From the NCBI RefSeq assembly GCF_006345805.1, contig NW_021831284.1, positions 682,001-746,000 of the forward strand: a stretch of DNA of 64,000 bases, read 5' to 3'. Shown here one piece after another: positions 13,701 to 26,795 of this stretch; within the stretch, counting starts at the first letter, position 1, and every line of letters starts with the position of its first letter. Both the position numbers and the translations under genes were made by a program. Origin of the DNA: Octopus sinensis. Taxonomy: Eukaryota. The notes under the pieces were generated by a model. That model saw only the letters and a program-made list of their open reading frames with translations. It ran no database searches and was not told where the DNA came from.

Positions 13701-14262
13701 TGGATCGTCTTAAGAAAAAAATTTATGCTTGATTACTATATTTGGGTTAGCACTGAATGATACACTTTAGCCTTTTGTTTTTATCCCTCCGTAAACAATT
13801 CTTTCTTGTTCTTTGAGATTTTGGGTTTTTTGGGCAATTAAATTTAAAGCAATTTAATTGAGAAATTACGCATAAACTTAAGTTCCCAAAGCTTGAAAAG
13901 AAATTGGTTAAATGAATGGAGGTAATGAAGTTTAAAAATACTCTCAGAGAAATCAATTTTTAGGTGGTCTATGAATGATGCTTTAATATCTACAAAGGTA
14001 GCATTTTTGCGGATGATTTACAACTTAGTAATTCCATAAATTCTAATGGATAATTTCATAAATTCTTTATCATATTTCTTAGAATAAAAATAATTTTTTA
14101 ATTTTTGTTCATCTAATGTTAATTTTTGGATGGCCATCAAGTTTATGAAGTGTGAAAAATTTTAGTTGCGGTTTATCGCTTCGAAGAATATTTGATCATT
14201 TTGGTGTATTAATTTTTTAATTGAATATAAAATTTTTTTAATCGTGAATTTTTATTAGCAAG

Positions 14263-15015
14263 ATGTTCAAGGCTGTTATTAAAACTATATTAATAAGCAT
14301 TAATCTGCTTCTTTTGGGGGTAGTTGAGTTTCAATAACAAATTAGGTAATTTCTGTTGTAAGCTTGTATATTGGAATTTCCAATATATATCAAACATTTA
14401 ATAATCATTATTTAAGAACTGTAAAATTTGTTGCATTAACTATTGGTCTTATATCAATCGTTGGATTAATTTCCGGAATCATATATTCAGTCAAAAAGAA
14501 AGGATTTCTTGCTAGACTTTTGGTAATAATTGAATATATTAAAATAGTTCATATCATCACTTTTTATCATTTTCCTCATGATATTTGGAACAACCGTCGC
14601 ATATTGCGCTGAAGAAAAGACAGTTATTATTTTACACATTATTCTTAGTTTTTAAATGCATTAAAAAATCAATTTCTAACAGCAGTAAAAACATATCCAA
14701 AAAATAAGAATATGGTTGACTCCTATCAATATATGCTTAAATGCTGTGGTTCTTCATCTGCATCAGATTTTAATGGAAATTTGCCAAATAGTTGCTGTTT
14801 AAATGCTCCTTGTACTATTATCAATTCATATCAAGTTGTTACATGTTCTAGTACTAAGCTTTAGGGATGCAATAAAAAAATAGAATCTCAATCGAAACAA
14901 TATAAAATTTATTTGATTTTAGGAACTATTACGATTTGTCTAATAACGGTTAGTCATTTTGATTATTTTTTAGGTGGCTGGAATGTTTTCAAAACACACA
15001 AAAGCTAATAAATAG
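14263..15015 (+). CDS. Tetraspanin
   Basis: Four hydrophobic segments; EC2 LKCCGSSSASDFNGNLPNSCCLNAPC...GC; micro-introns. Confidence 0.85.
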
Positions 15016-15474
15016 TCGAAAATCTTTCACTAATTAATATAATTCTAATTCACTTTACTAACATAGTTTTCGAATTTTTAGGAAATTGTTATAGTCGTTT
15101 GATTTTAAATGAATAAAATTATACTTTATGACGAAATAACTAGGAGATAAACTAAATTTTTTTTAAGCTTTCTTGGATTAAAAATTAAAAATTTTTATTT
15201 TCGTTAACTAAGTTTAACTCAGGCATTGATTAAAAATTCAACTCGTTCTAAGAAATACTCAGACTTCATCTTTATTATTAATTTAAAATAAAATAACGTA
15301 GATTTTAAATGCACTGTAACATTTAATGTTTGAAATTAGAAAATAACAATTATGCTCTACAGCACTTATTGTATTGACAGTGATAAGAATTTAAAGATTT
15401 TCATTTTAATTATCTTTATTAGTATTATAATACTTCTTGGAATAAAAATAATTTTTAAATTTTTGTTATTTAAA

Positions 15475-16164
15475 ATGTGTGCTCTTATAGTTGCTCCTTC
15501 TGGTGGTCCTATACCGACTAATGCCGTAAGATATTCTGACGAAGAAATTTATAAAATTCAACAAAAATATATTTCAAACAAACAAATATTTTCGGAAATG
15601 TAATTTTTCTTATAATATAAATAGATGGCCTTTTAAAATAGGGAATTACATGGCTGCAGGAATGGCTGGTTTATCCGGGCTATATTTGACTGATTATATC
15701 AAAAGATTTTTCAGGTATAATCACAGATTTGAGAGGTTTTAAATAGAATTGAAAGACGATATACATTTATGATTAGTTATCTCAGTTCCTCATTAATTCC
15801 AGCTACTATTGCATATGTATTTTACACCGAAAATACCAAAAAACAATTAATCGGTCGTCTTTCGTGCAAATCCTGTGGATTATTAAAAGTCAGTATTTCT
15901 CAATTTGGATTTGGAATTGCTTATCCTCTTATCATGTCACATATTACTGGATTTTTTGCTCTTCGGAAACATATTTTGCCAACTTTGCCTTCATTTGGAA
16001 ATTTTCGGGAATTTTACGGATTTATGTTTCAGCCTTATCGAGCAAATTATTTATTTATAATTGCATTGGCAGTTGCTCAAATTGCGTTAATATCGTTTAT
16101 TTTTAATCGACAATACGTCTGTTGGGAAAAGACACTTATTCCTTCTATTTGCAAGAATTTATGA
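15475..16164 (+). CDS. TMEM126: TMEM126-like mitochondrial membrane protein
   Basis: CKSCGLLKVSISQFGFGIAYPLIMS...FALRKHILPTLP matches the TMEM126 CxxC...G..YP...LP pattern. Confidence 0.7.
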
Positions 16165-16253
16165 CTATTTTGGATTTCTTAATTTGTTTTAATTAATATT
16201 TTTATTATTTAATGTAAGGTTTGGTTTATTTAAACTAAAAATATTTGTAGCTA

Positions 16254-16857
16254 TGTCGCGAGCGCAGCGCGCGACCGAGCGCTAGACGCGACTTTGACAC
16301 CTAACAAGCCTATCATCAACAAATATATTTATTAATTATTTAAAATTTTAACATGATTTAAAATTAAAATTGAAATAACTTAAGTTTTCCATTGAATCCC
16401 ATAAAATAATTATAAGTAGACCTAATAGAAAAAGTAAAATCAATGAATACTGAACGCTAATTTGGTTTAGGTTGTGAGGGGGTAATAATTTGACAGATCT
16501 CATTGCTATTTTTTCGTTTTAATCTCTAAAATTAGGTCTTCTAATCAAAAATGAACTGTGCAGACAGGCTTGCTCCTTCAGAAGATTCTTGTTTTGACAT
16601 TTTTATAAATTATGAAGCATTTAGATTTTTTCTCATTATTCTAAAATATCAATTATAAATGTTAAAATATTATTTTTATTTATGAAATCGGTTTTAAAGC
16701 TCATTCTGCTTTGGCATCGATTTTAATTTTTGTTATCGAATATATTTAATCCCAAATACAAGCTTGGGTATTTGTCAATTTATAGATTTTTTGATTGATC
16801 GGATCTAGAAATTGAGTGGTCGCTCGCTGCGCTCGGTCGCTCGCTGCGCTCGCGACA
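16254..16857. mobile_element. 604-bp MITE with GC-rich ~30-bp TIRs and TA TSD
   Basis: TA|tgtcgcgagcgcagcgcgcgaccgagcgc ... gcgctcggtcgctcgctgcgctcgcgaca|TA; one mismatch over ~29 bp; non-coding AT-rich interior. Confidence 0.85.
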
Positions 16858-16903
16858 TAATATAAAATGAATTTTTAAATATTTAATTTAAATTATTAAA
16901 TAT

Positions 16904-18189
16904 TATTATTATTATTAGCACTGTCATAGGAACATAATGTAATTTAAACTAATTAAGTTCCCACATGTGCCACATATGAGACTATCTTTTCGGTCATAAT
17001 TTTCCATGATGTGCGGTTGTATGCTATACTCCTGAGAGTATCTAGGTCGTCTCCATTTTTCAGTTGTCTTTTAACGCGTTGTAGTTCTTTTGAGATTACA
17101 ATAGGTAATGTATTTCGTGGGCGTCCTCGGGACGCAGATCTTTCGTCCTTTGCGTAATATGATTCCATTGCCCAGTTAGCATAGACATCCTGGTCGAGTC
17201 TTAGAATGTGGCCCAATAGGCGCCAACGTGCTTCGGTAATGTCCACACTGACGGGTCTGCTGTTGCAGATATTGTATAGGGTGGAGTTCTTGATTTTCTT
17301 TGGCCAGTTGATGCCAATAAGAATTCTTAACTGTCTTCTATGGAATGCATCAAGAGATTTTGATTCAGACTCAGATATTCCCCATGTTCCTCCGTTGTAC
17401 AAAAGTATGGGTTTAATAAAAGCATTGTATAATTTGGCACGTAAGGCCGTTCCAACCTCGCGGTTTCGTAGCCAAGTGGTCCGCAGTTTGTTAAGTGCAA
17501 CAGTCGATAGCATCTTTCTCCTCATAATGTCTTCACTATCTCCTAAAAGAGTTCCAACTTTTTTCGAGTTTCGCCATTTTTCGTCTGTTCTATTTGCCTC
17601 CCGGTTGATTGTTACATATTCGGTTTTTTCTATGTTCACTTTTAAGAACCATTTTTCCAGTGCATGAGGAGCAATGTTCAGCAGTTCTTCGAGTGTCGAC
17701 TTATCATGAGACAAAAAGTCTACATCGTCGGCATATATCACTTCAGTTATTGAAGTAGTCTTCACTAGTTTTCTCAGATCTCTTAGTGCCGCTTCAAGAT
17801 AGACAATGAATAGTACAGGTGATATTGAATCACCTTGGGGCGTTCCAATGCTTGTTTTGAAAGATCTTGATTGTACGGGTCCGATCTTCACCGTTAACTC
17901 GGTGTCTATAAGTAGTGCTCGAACCATTCTGATCGAGTCATTGTCAAGAATGGTTTTGAGGATCTCCATTAGCTTGTCTCTGCGGATTGTATCAAATGCC
18001 CTGCTCATATCAATGCCCAATATTGTGGTCGCCATTTTAAATTTCTGAGATATGGCACAGATCCATCTATGTCCCCATACTACATCTGCAGTTGATCGCC
18101 CAGGCCTGAATCCACTTTGGCTAGCCGACAGATATTCATTAACAGGGTCCTTAATACGTTCCAGTGTTACGAGTGAAAAGATTTTCCTT
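16904..18189 (-). mobile_element. Young 5'-truncated RTE-clade LINE (intact RT C-terminal ORF)
   Basis: QSGFRPGRST, IDMSRAFDTI, GTPQGDSISPVLF, YADD, RGRPR; (TAA)n tail; 12-bp TSD attattaaatat at 16892-16903 and 18190-18201. Confidence 0.93.
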
Positions 18190-18252
18190 ATTATTAAATA
18201 TAAAAAATTAAATTGTTAGCGATAGTTTTATAAATTTAATAAAAATTTTCGA

Positions 18253-18657
18253 CTAAGGCAGATTTGTTGGAGGATTATAACTTTCACATTTTAATTGTAC
18301 CTCAGTCTTAAGTTTGCCATAAACCATTCCATCTTCATCGTGAGAATATGCTTTCACAATCTCAATAGGACTTTTATTTGTCTTGATAAGATAATTTCCG
18401 GATCCACATGCTCCGACAAGTGTACTGTCATTCCCAATAAAAACTGTTTTTTCTTGAAATTTATATTTTGCCCATTCATTTTCAATAAGACCAGTATAAA
18501 CAAGTAAATATCGTTGATAATCGTTTAATGTCGTAGCCGTATATTTCCAGCATTCTGAATCAATTATTTCAGTTTTTGTTTTTAGATTTAGGCTTGAAAT
18601 TTCTAAAATTGCATTTAAAACAAAACATATAAAAAATAAAATACGAAAGCTCTTCAT
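18253..18657 (-). CDS. Hypothetical small secreted protein (134 aa, signal peptide)
   Basis: Uninterrupted ORF; N-terminus MKSFRILFFICFVLNAILEISS is signal-peptide-like; no recognised domain. Confidence 0.55.
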   Translation of the reverse strand: MKSFRILFFICFVLNAILEISSLNLKTKTEIIDSECWKYTATTLNDYQRYLLVYTGLIENEWAKYKFQEKTVFIGNDSTLVGACGSGNYLIKTNKSPIEIVKAYSHDEDGMVYGKLKTEVQLKCESYNPPTNLP

Positions 18658-20911
18658 CTTAAAATGAAATTTACGTATCTTTAAATTTGTATTTAAGCAG
18701 AAATTAACTAATTTCTTAATTAATATATTTTTAAATATCTCTATTTAGAAATTTTATTTTCATTAATTTTGTGATGCTCACGTAATGGAGAATACTTTCG
18801 GAATTGATTTGTTTTTGTTGGCTATCAAAAAAGTGTTATTTTATAGCTACAGTACACTCTTTATTTTATTTCTCTACAAAATACATTTTTCCTTCCTATA
18901 GAATACTCTGAGATATTCCGTAAATTAAAAAAAATATTATTAGAAATTTGTATTTTCTTATTAATTTAATTTAGTAAATTATAAATAATACACTTTTTAA
19001 CACGTTTTCTAGTTTTGGTCTTAGTTGTTCTTATGCTTAGAAATGTCGCTTATGGCGCTTTTTTTAGTATGTTTAAAGGTTTTTATAGGCGTTTTTGGTT
19101 GTTAATGTATATATTTAAATTAAGTTTGTATGTCTCTTATACTTGATGAAAATCTGTGCTCAGATTTATATGCTGATTCATTCACGCTGATCTGATATAT
19201 ATTGAGACTTTTAAAATTTAATTTAACTTTTTAAAAATATTAAATCAATTTATTTAAAATTTATTTGTTTTGATTGTTACTCTGTTTCATGTTGCAAAAT
19301 GGCCCTATAACAGCGATCTCTGTAGTTTCTGATGATTTGAGAACTCCTGACAATTTCATTACAGTTATTATTTATGATTTATATAAAAACAGCTTTTCAC
19401 CACAAATGGAGGCGAAGATGCCGATATTGGCTGGTCTACCACATTTAAACGAAAAAAACGATATTTAGCTATTTCTAGGGTCTTTTTACATTTTATATTT
19501 TAGGAAGAAACAAATTACGTTGTTTCTGACGTGGTAATATTCGACGAAAATTCTCCCACTCCAAATGATTATATTCCCATCACTATGACAAATAATAGTT
19601 TTAATTTTATTATTAAATCGAACAGATAAAGACAAGGCATTGAAGAATAAAATAATTTTAGTAAGATATGAACAATCCGCTCGGGCAGAAAATATTCTTG
19701 TGGATATTATACTATCAACCACACCTTGCCCTCCTGGAGGATATTTTCTGATTGGGTATTTTTAATATATTAATTAAAATAATTGTTTAATACACTTTTA
19801 TGTAGTGAGGTGAATAGAATTTCAATTTTTGGTAGGCTACAACAAAAATCTACAACACGGTATTTATTAGATTTATAATTTTCTAAAAGTTTGTCTATTC
19901 CGAATGTGGTTCCATTTAAGAAGAGTTTATGCAATGAATCGTATATGTATTTAAATGTGAATTTAGGGTTTTGGACATTAGTAGATTGCTGTTTAAGTTT
20001 GACAAATCATTGGAGGAATCTCTCTATAGCGATCAGGTTTTTCTTGTTTGATTGAAAATTATTTAGTCTTGTATTTTAAATGAGACTTGGAATTGGTTTA
20101 ATGCTTATAAGTTTCTCTTTTGTCTGATTTTTTAGATCAAAAAATTGGTATTTTGATTTTGACTTGGAAAATAACTTTCTTAATTCTTTAACTTAATTTT
20201 CTTTTTTAATTTGTATTAATAATATGCGATAATTTATTTTGGTGCCGAAAAATTAGCATGTCTGTCCACTCAATAAATTAGTCTTATAATTATTTTAATA
20301 TCGAGTAATTAAGTCAAAATATGCGTTGAATATATTGATGGATCTGACAAAAAATTCACTCAAAACAATTTAAAAAGTAGTTAAAAATCATCTCAGCATT
20401 TTTCTAATAAATAATTGATAAGTCCATGTTTTCCAAACTTCAAATTAGCCCGGAAGATTTCAATATGTTTACATACTTCACGAATTATCTCTTTTTTATT
20501 GACAACGTGAAAATAGTTACTCTCAAAGATGTGCTAGTCAAAATGATGGAGGTTGTTAATAGATTTTTTTTGAATTTAGAAATGAATTCTGAAAAATCAC
20601 CCTTTAATGTGGTATCTTTCCCATGCTCTGAGACTCTCGGTGAAATCAACTGATATCGGTACTTTAGTCTACGTAACGACAGCAGAATTAATGTTTCCAA
20701 GAATTAATAGACTCCATAGTGGAGAGTATCAAGACGAGGATAACTATATTGTCACAAATAAATAGGTAGGAGCAATTTTTGGTAGTTTAGATTGTAAATC
20801 TTCGCAAAAAACAATTTATACTAAAAATATTTGAACTTTGGATTTACATAAAATGGAGATTGTACATAGTCACTACCAAGGTGTATTGTATGCAGTAAAA
20901 TTCTTTCAAAT

Positions 20912-21181
20912 AATAGAATGGCCCCTTCTAAGGTGAATGCTCCCTTCTACTTCTGTGAGGACAGGGAGAAGTAAGAAAGTCAGAATACGAGCCATCCGGC
21001 TAGCTCATGGCTTAGGATGGCGAAGGGAGCTTTTAACGCCCAGGAATTGTCCCTCAAAGGCCTCCCTGAGGTCCTAGAGAAGATAATCTTAGCTTGTAGT
21101 TAAGAGGTGAGCGTTTGTGCGGGACTGAAAAGGCAGGAATGCCGAAGGTCTTTATCTGCTTTCTACTAACAGCCTCTATTT
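20912..21181 (+). ncRNA. Structured ncRNA, RNase P/MRP RNA-like candidate
   Basis: Nested stems 20939-47/21022-30 (9 bp), 20948-54/20967-73, 20991-97/21015-21, 21087-93/21099-105, GGCA-GGAA-TGCC hairpin; pseudoknot AGAAAG-U-CAGA (20974-84) with TCTGCTTTCT (21155-64); closing stem 20912-22/21172-80; T7 run at 21190. Confidence 0.55.
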
Positions 21182-21229
21182 AAAAAATATTTTTTTCTTC
21201 TTCAAACAATTATGTTAGCCTAATGGCCT

Positions 21230-21720
21230 AAATGAAGATGTTCGTTAAAGATGATGCAGAGTAAAATCTACTGAAATCTGTTTTTGAAGGTCAAGAAGTT
21301 AAAAAATTCCGACTAAAAGAGAAAGCTGAAAATTTCATTCTTATTGACAAAAAGCTATATCTGGAAATACTAATACGACTTCAGAAGTTTGTTATAGCTT
21401 TAACATGCAAAGAAGAAATGAAAATCATTGCTCAAAAAATCCACGAAACAAATCACTGTGGTCATAATACTTTGCAGAAAGATTTTTTGTAATCAAGCAA
21501 AAAAAACATTCGTCAAGTCGTAAGTGAGTGCAATATATGCAAGTTTGCTGTGGCACTAAAACAGTATGACGATTCGAGTCATATTATCGCGGATTTACCT
21601 AATGAAAGGTTTGAAGTTTATTAGTTATTATTGTGAATTTTAGAGTCAAAATGATCATTTTTCTAGGTTGATGTCTGTAGTAGACATATATTCAAAATAT
21701 TTAAAACCATCAAAATAGGT
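21230..21720 (+). mobile_element. Degenerate Gypsy/Ginger-type integrase fragment
   Basis: HHCC zinc domain IHETNHCGHNTL...VVSECNICK, then PNERFEV and LMSVVDIYSKY (start of rve core); stops present. Confidence 0.6.
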
Positions 21721-21895
21721 TTAATAAAACTATAGAGTTCAACATTAACATTTAAGAGAGTTGAAGTTTAATTTTTACAGCCAAGTTTAATCTCAATTTT
21801 TAAGACCTAGACTAAGAAGTCATTAAATGTTTTAAAGGAACTTTTAACACCTGAGGTGACAAAATGTTATATATTATTAACAAAATTACGATACA

Positions 21896-21976
21896 GCCAG
21901 CATGGCCGAGTGGTTAAGGCGGTAGCTTAAGGTGCTATTACAGTAATGTGCGTGGGTTCGAATCCCACTGCTGGTA
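21896..21976 (+). tRNA. tRNA-Leu(AAG)
   Basis: Cloverleaf: acceptor gccagca/tgctggt, A box tggccgagtgg, anticodon loop ttAAGgt, long variable arm, gttcgaatcc B box, followed by T run. Confidence 0.93.
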
Positions 21977-22711
21977 TTTTATCCTTTTATAAGGTTTTCA
22001 ACATCAGAAAGTAAAACACGATGTCGAATCTTGATTTTGATATATACATTTATTTCCTTTTGATAATGCATTTAAAAGAAAAGGCTGTTGCTAAAACATT
22101 GTTTCAGAAATTAATGACAAAAAATCTAAAATTTTTTTTGATATTATGAAAATTTTAATTTGAGTATTAATATGGAGGGAAAAATTTAGCATTCCTACTG
22201 AAGAACAAGCCTAGGTCGTATCAAAAAGTTCATTGCAAAATCACTTACGGCCAAAGAACTGATTATTTTGTACTTTCTCTAAGATAATAAGGCAGGTTTA
22301 TGGCTGCCTTTGCTGATTGTATTTAAAGTAAATAATTCCTTCGCATAAGCTCTGACAATTTCGGAGCTGCAAAACTCCAAGATTAAGTTTTCAGACTATA
22401 GTAATGTTATTCGTGCTTTAGACGTAGATTTGTATCTCGATAAGTCAGCCGGTTTATTCGTGCTTTATCAATCGTACCATTGAGTAAATCAGCCGGTTCG
22501 GACTTTTTATCGATTCAGTAAATTAACACGTGTTCAGAAACTGGCTTGAGAGTTGAAAAAATGGCTTAAATTGTGTCAGTTTAATCAAAAATTTAACAAA
22601 TTTGTTCCTAAGAATAGCTTTCAATGATAAGATAAAATCTCCATTTTTAGCAATAAAAAATTGTTATTTATTAATTATGAATCAACGGAAATTGATTAAA
22701 TCACAATTCGA

Positions 22712-23481
22712 ATGAATGTTATACGTCCCTTTTTTACTTGGTTGAACGTAATACTTCTCTTTGTATAAAAATATGATTAATTTTTATTTTTATAGTTAAT
22801 TACAGAAATTTTTGTCTATGCTGGAGCCATGGTGCTCCGGAACTATGTCAAATTGGGAAATCCGTCGATAAAAACTATTCAATATTCAGGGATTTTTTAT
22901 ATAATTATTGCTGTAATGATTTTTATCGGATTAATATGTGGAATTTTATCACTGAAAACAAAAAAGCGTCCTTCTTGCAGAATAATTGTAAACTAATTTT
23001 TCCAATAAATTACTATATAGTATGTTATCATTCTTTTTTTCGTTTGTGGATTCGTCTTAACTATCCTGTCCTTATTTTATTTTCATACATCTACCGTATC
23101 TTTTAATAGTTATTTCTAGTGTGTTGAAAATTTTAAACGTGTTTTTTTATGGGCCATTAAGAAATATGAAGAAACCAGTCCAGAAGTCGACTTTTGGCAA
23201 AAAACCTTCCAATGCTGCGGTGCTTATTCCCCTGACGATTATAATGGAAATATTACATCAAGTTGTTATATTTCTGAAAATCTTTTTAAAATTAACATTT
23301 ATGAAACTGTTTCTAATTCTTAATGTATTTTAGGGATGCGTACATAAAATAATATCACTAATCGAGGAAAATAAAATTCCATTAACGGCAGTCAGTGGGA
23401 GTATTTGTTTAGTCACGGTTTATATTTCATTATTAATATTTATAGTTTCTTGGAATATGTTTTTCGTTTGTAAAATTTTAA
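22712..23481 (+). CDS. Tetraspanin
   Basis: Spliced reading with four TM segments and EC2 FQCCGAYSPDDYNGNITSSC...GC; introns about 24-33 nt. Confidence 0.85.
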
Positions 23482-24079
23482 ATCTTATAGTTAAATTTAA
23501 CTGATTTTTGATTAAATATCTGGACTATTTATTGTCTTTATTTAATTTTTGAATATTTGCTTTTTTAGTTAAGATAGTTACATGAAACTTGTCCTTTTAA
23601 TCAGGCAGCAGATGTATTTAAAACCACGAGTATAAAAGACATTTTTATTATAAGAAAAGCCCAACATTCAGCAGAAAATTCCTTTGATTTGAATAATTTT
23701 TTATTTTTATTAGAATCTGTAAAATTGAGAGCTTAGTAAGTACATTCAAAACTTTTTCTAATGACTACAAAATTTGATATCGATCCCTGAATTTTGTAAA
23801 AACGGTAGTTTAAATACAATTTATACACATGTAAATCAATGATACTTAAAAGTCCCATTTAACAGAAAAATATCAATGAGAATGGTGAGGAATGTCTGTA
23901 AATGGGGATGGTTCCATTCTGTCTAAAATATGAGTGAGAATTTTCAAAAAAATAGCTAAAAATGTTAAAAATAGATAAGACAAATCGGATGTTTAGTTTG
24001 GATTTGTTAAGTTCAAAACATGACCAATTCGAGTTACTCATGTTAAAATAGTTGAATTTCAACAAGTTCCATTACTTAA

Positions 24080-24560
24080 CACAAGAAAAAAGCAGCCTCG
24101 TCTCTACGCGGCCGAATTCACTTCTTGTCAATATTTTCCATCCTACCCTATCAAAAACCCGGTCCTCCTCGATCCAAGACGCCTTTCGTGCCAAACTTTC
24201 TGAATATCGTCTCTTACTGAAAATTCCTCGCTGCATTCCCAAATCTCCATCTATCCAAATTCTTGTCCGCTTTTATTATCAACGCTAATTCCTCAAGCAC
24301 GTGGGTACCCTGGTTTCTCCTTGTCGGCTTCGTACCCCTAGCTCTTGGAATTCCAGACGACGACTTTGAGAAAAACGAAAACTTTCTGCTGACTTTTATT
24401 GCCCTGGAGACAAGCGACATTCTCTGAGTAAAAACCTAAGAATTTATTTCCTTGGTGGGCTTTCCAATCTCCAAAAAAAGGTGCGACCCTGTTGGAGAAT
24501 GTATCTTTAGCTAATGTTCAGGGAATTGCTTGCCGATTCGCAATCCCTAAATGCCCTCGC
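24080..24560 (+). mobile_element. Degenerate CRE-type retrotransposon relic (N-terminal/pre-RT region)
   Basis: GC-richer island with KIPRCIPK and remnant VRP..VGE motifs typical of CRE ORFs; frameshifted. Confidence 0.45.
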
Positions 24561-24967
24561 ATCTCTTCTTTGGTTTAATTTCTGTTAATAATTGCTAAAA
24601 TTGATATACTAATCTTAATATATCTACAACACTTTTTTTTCAAATAGCTTGCTGCCATAGCATGCGACTTTATAGTTATTTTAAATGAAAATTAGTAAAT
24701 TTTTTTGAAAAACTGAACACGAATTTAATTAGTAGCAGAGGATAAGATGGAATGGCAATTCCCACGCAAGATGCCTATTGATATGCGTTGGAAAAGCCAT
24801 TTTAAATTATTATGTTAGTGTGTAATTACGTTCATAAAGTGGTTGAATAAATCATTTAGTCAAATATATTTTAGTCTTTATTTACAATAAAAAAGATTCT
24901 TGACATTATTTTTATTAATAAAGTTAGAAAGACGGACAATGACACCACAAAACCCCCCAAACAAATT

Positions 24968-25988
24968 TTAATCAGAATCAAATGGAATGTAGTCGATTAT
25001 TTCCAATATTTTTAATGCAGTTGATTTATGACTCGTACACATAATGGATCTTCCTAAAATATCTATTTCTCCTCCTAAAATGATAAATACAAATAATTCA
25101 ACCGTCCTTAGCACTCACTACACATGCTCCTGCTTCTTGAGCAATTACTATTGCAGCAGCAATGTCCCAAACGTGCAAGCCAAACTCGAAATATGCATCA
25201 GCCCGACCATCTGCGACATAACAAATATTTAAAGCTGATGAAAAATTCATCCTTATGCTTAAATTATGTGTTATTAAAATTAAAACCCTGCAACGTGTGG
25301 TAGCAGTTTTTGATTATTTGACATCTTTGTTTGAACAATGTGATCATTAGGCCATCCACAATATTCAGCAATGACAAGAGATTGATTCAATTCAAAAATA
25401 ATTTTCAAGTCGGGTTACCAGAAATATTTGATTTTGATATTTTTTGTCCATTTTTGAAAGCACCACGACCATTTATTGCAGTATAAAGTTCTTTGGACAT
25501 TGGATTAAATACTACTCCTAAAACTGGCTAAAAGTATTTGACCTAATTTTACTTTTTTAAAAATTATAACTCCAATGGAAATTGAAAAATGTGGATATTT
25601 ATGGACAAAATTAGTAGTCCCGTCAATTGGGTCGACAATCCACGTAATGGCATCTGTTAGATTACATTTTCCACAGGCATCAACAGTTTCTTCGCCTATA
25701 AATCTACGAATCGTTTATTTCTATTTCACTTGTGGTCTTTAAAACGCTCATCTGTGTTCAGCAATGTTTTTATTTGTTCTTCAATTATTCTATCTGTTTT
25801 TGTGACCACGTCATTGCCAGTTCCTTTTGATTCGACTAAAAGTTCTCCTTTCAGAGCGTTCATCATCATCTTGAAAATATCAGCTCAAACGAATTTATAC
25901 TTCTCCGGCCTGCTTGGCAAGTAGGACTGCCGCGTGAAGTATCTCTTGTAAATTATCCTAAAGCTAAATGTGATAGTCAAACAGCCAT
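24968..25988 (-). CDS. IMPA1: Inositol monophosphatase
   Basis: FIGEE, TWIVDPIDGTTNFVHKYP, AYFEFGLHVWDIAAA signature motifs. Confidence 0.93.
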
Positions 25989-26795
25989 GCTATACAAATA
26001 AAATTTATTCACAATTTAACATTCAAAAAATTTTATGTTTATAATAATCAAAAATTAAACTTATGAAAATTTCAAAGGAAAATTAGGACAGTGTATAAAC
26101 CATTTTTATTTGAAAATTTTTAAGCTTTAAAGATCACTAGAAGACGACTTTTTAAAACACCTCCTTTAGGGCAGATAATCCAAAGATCAAAAAATATTTT
26201 TTTATAATTAATTACAGCTTTAATTTCAGAGAAATTCGTTAAATTATTTCATTAGCTGACCGAACATGAATAATCTACTTAACATAAAACATATTGATTT
26301 AATACAAATTTTGAAAGTTCCATGCATCCAATATGCTCCTGGATTGACGAGTGAATCGTCATCAGTGTTATCACGGCAGAACCGGATGTCTTAATCGGCC
26401 ACACAACAAAAATGGGGGGAGAAGATAGAGCAGAAGTCAATGTGTTGGATTACTTTGGAGTGAAATGGTCACGTGTTGTTAGTGTGACTACAGATGGAGC
26501 TCCTTCAATTATTGGGGAAAAAACAAGCGTTGCAACTCAATTCAAACATGTGATTTTTGGATAGTTTACTATATTTTGCACCACGAGGTACTCTGCAACA
26601 AATTATTAAAAACGGAAATGTAATAAAAGTGTTTATCGGAAAAGCAAATTTTATCCGTGTCAGAGGTCTAAATCAGGGGTTCTCACCCTTTTTAGCTCAA
26701 GGGCCAAATCGATAATTAAGATTAGCTTCGCGGGCCGCACAAAAATATTTTATATATTTTTATATTTTCCATTTTACTAAATATTGATTCACATA

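Noticed and set aside
22407-22500. CRISPR array
   Set aside because: Only two degenerate units, eukaryotic context, no cas genes.
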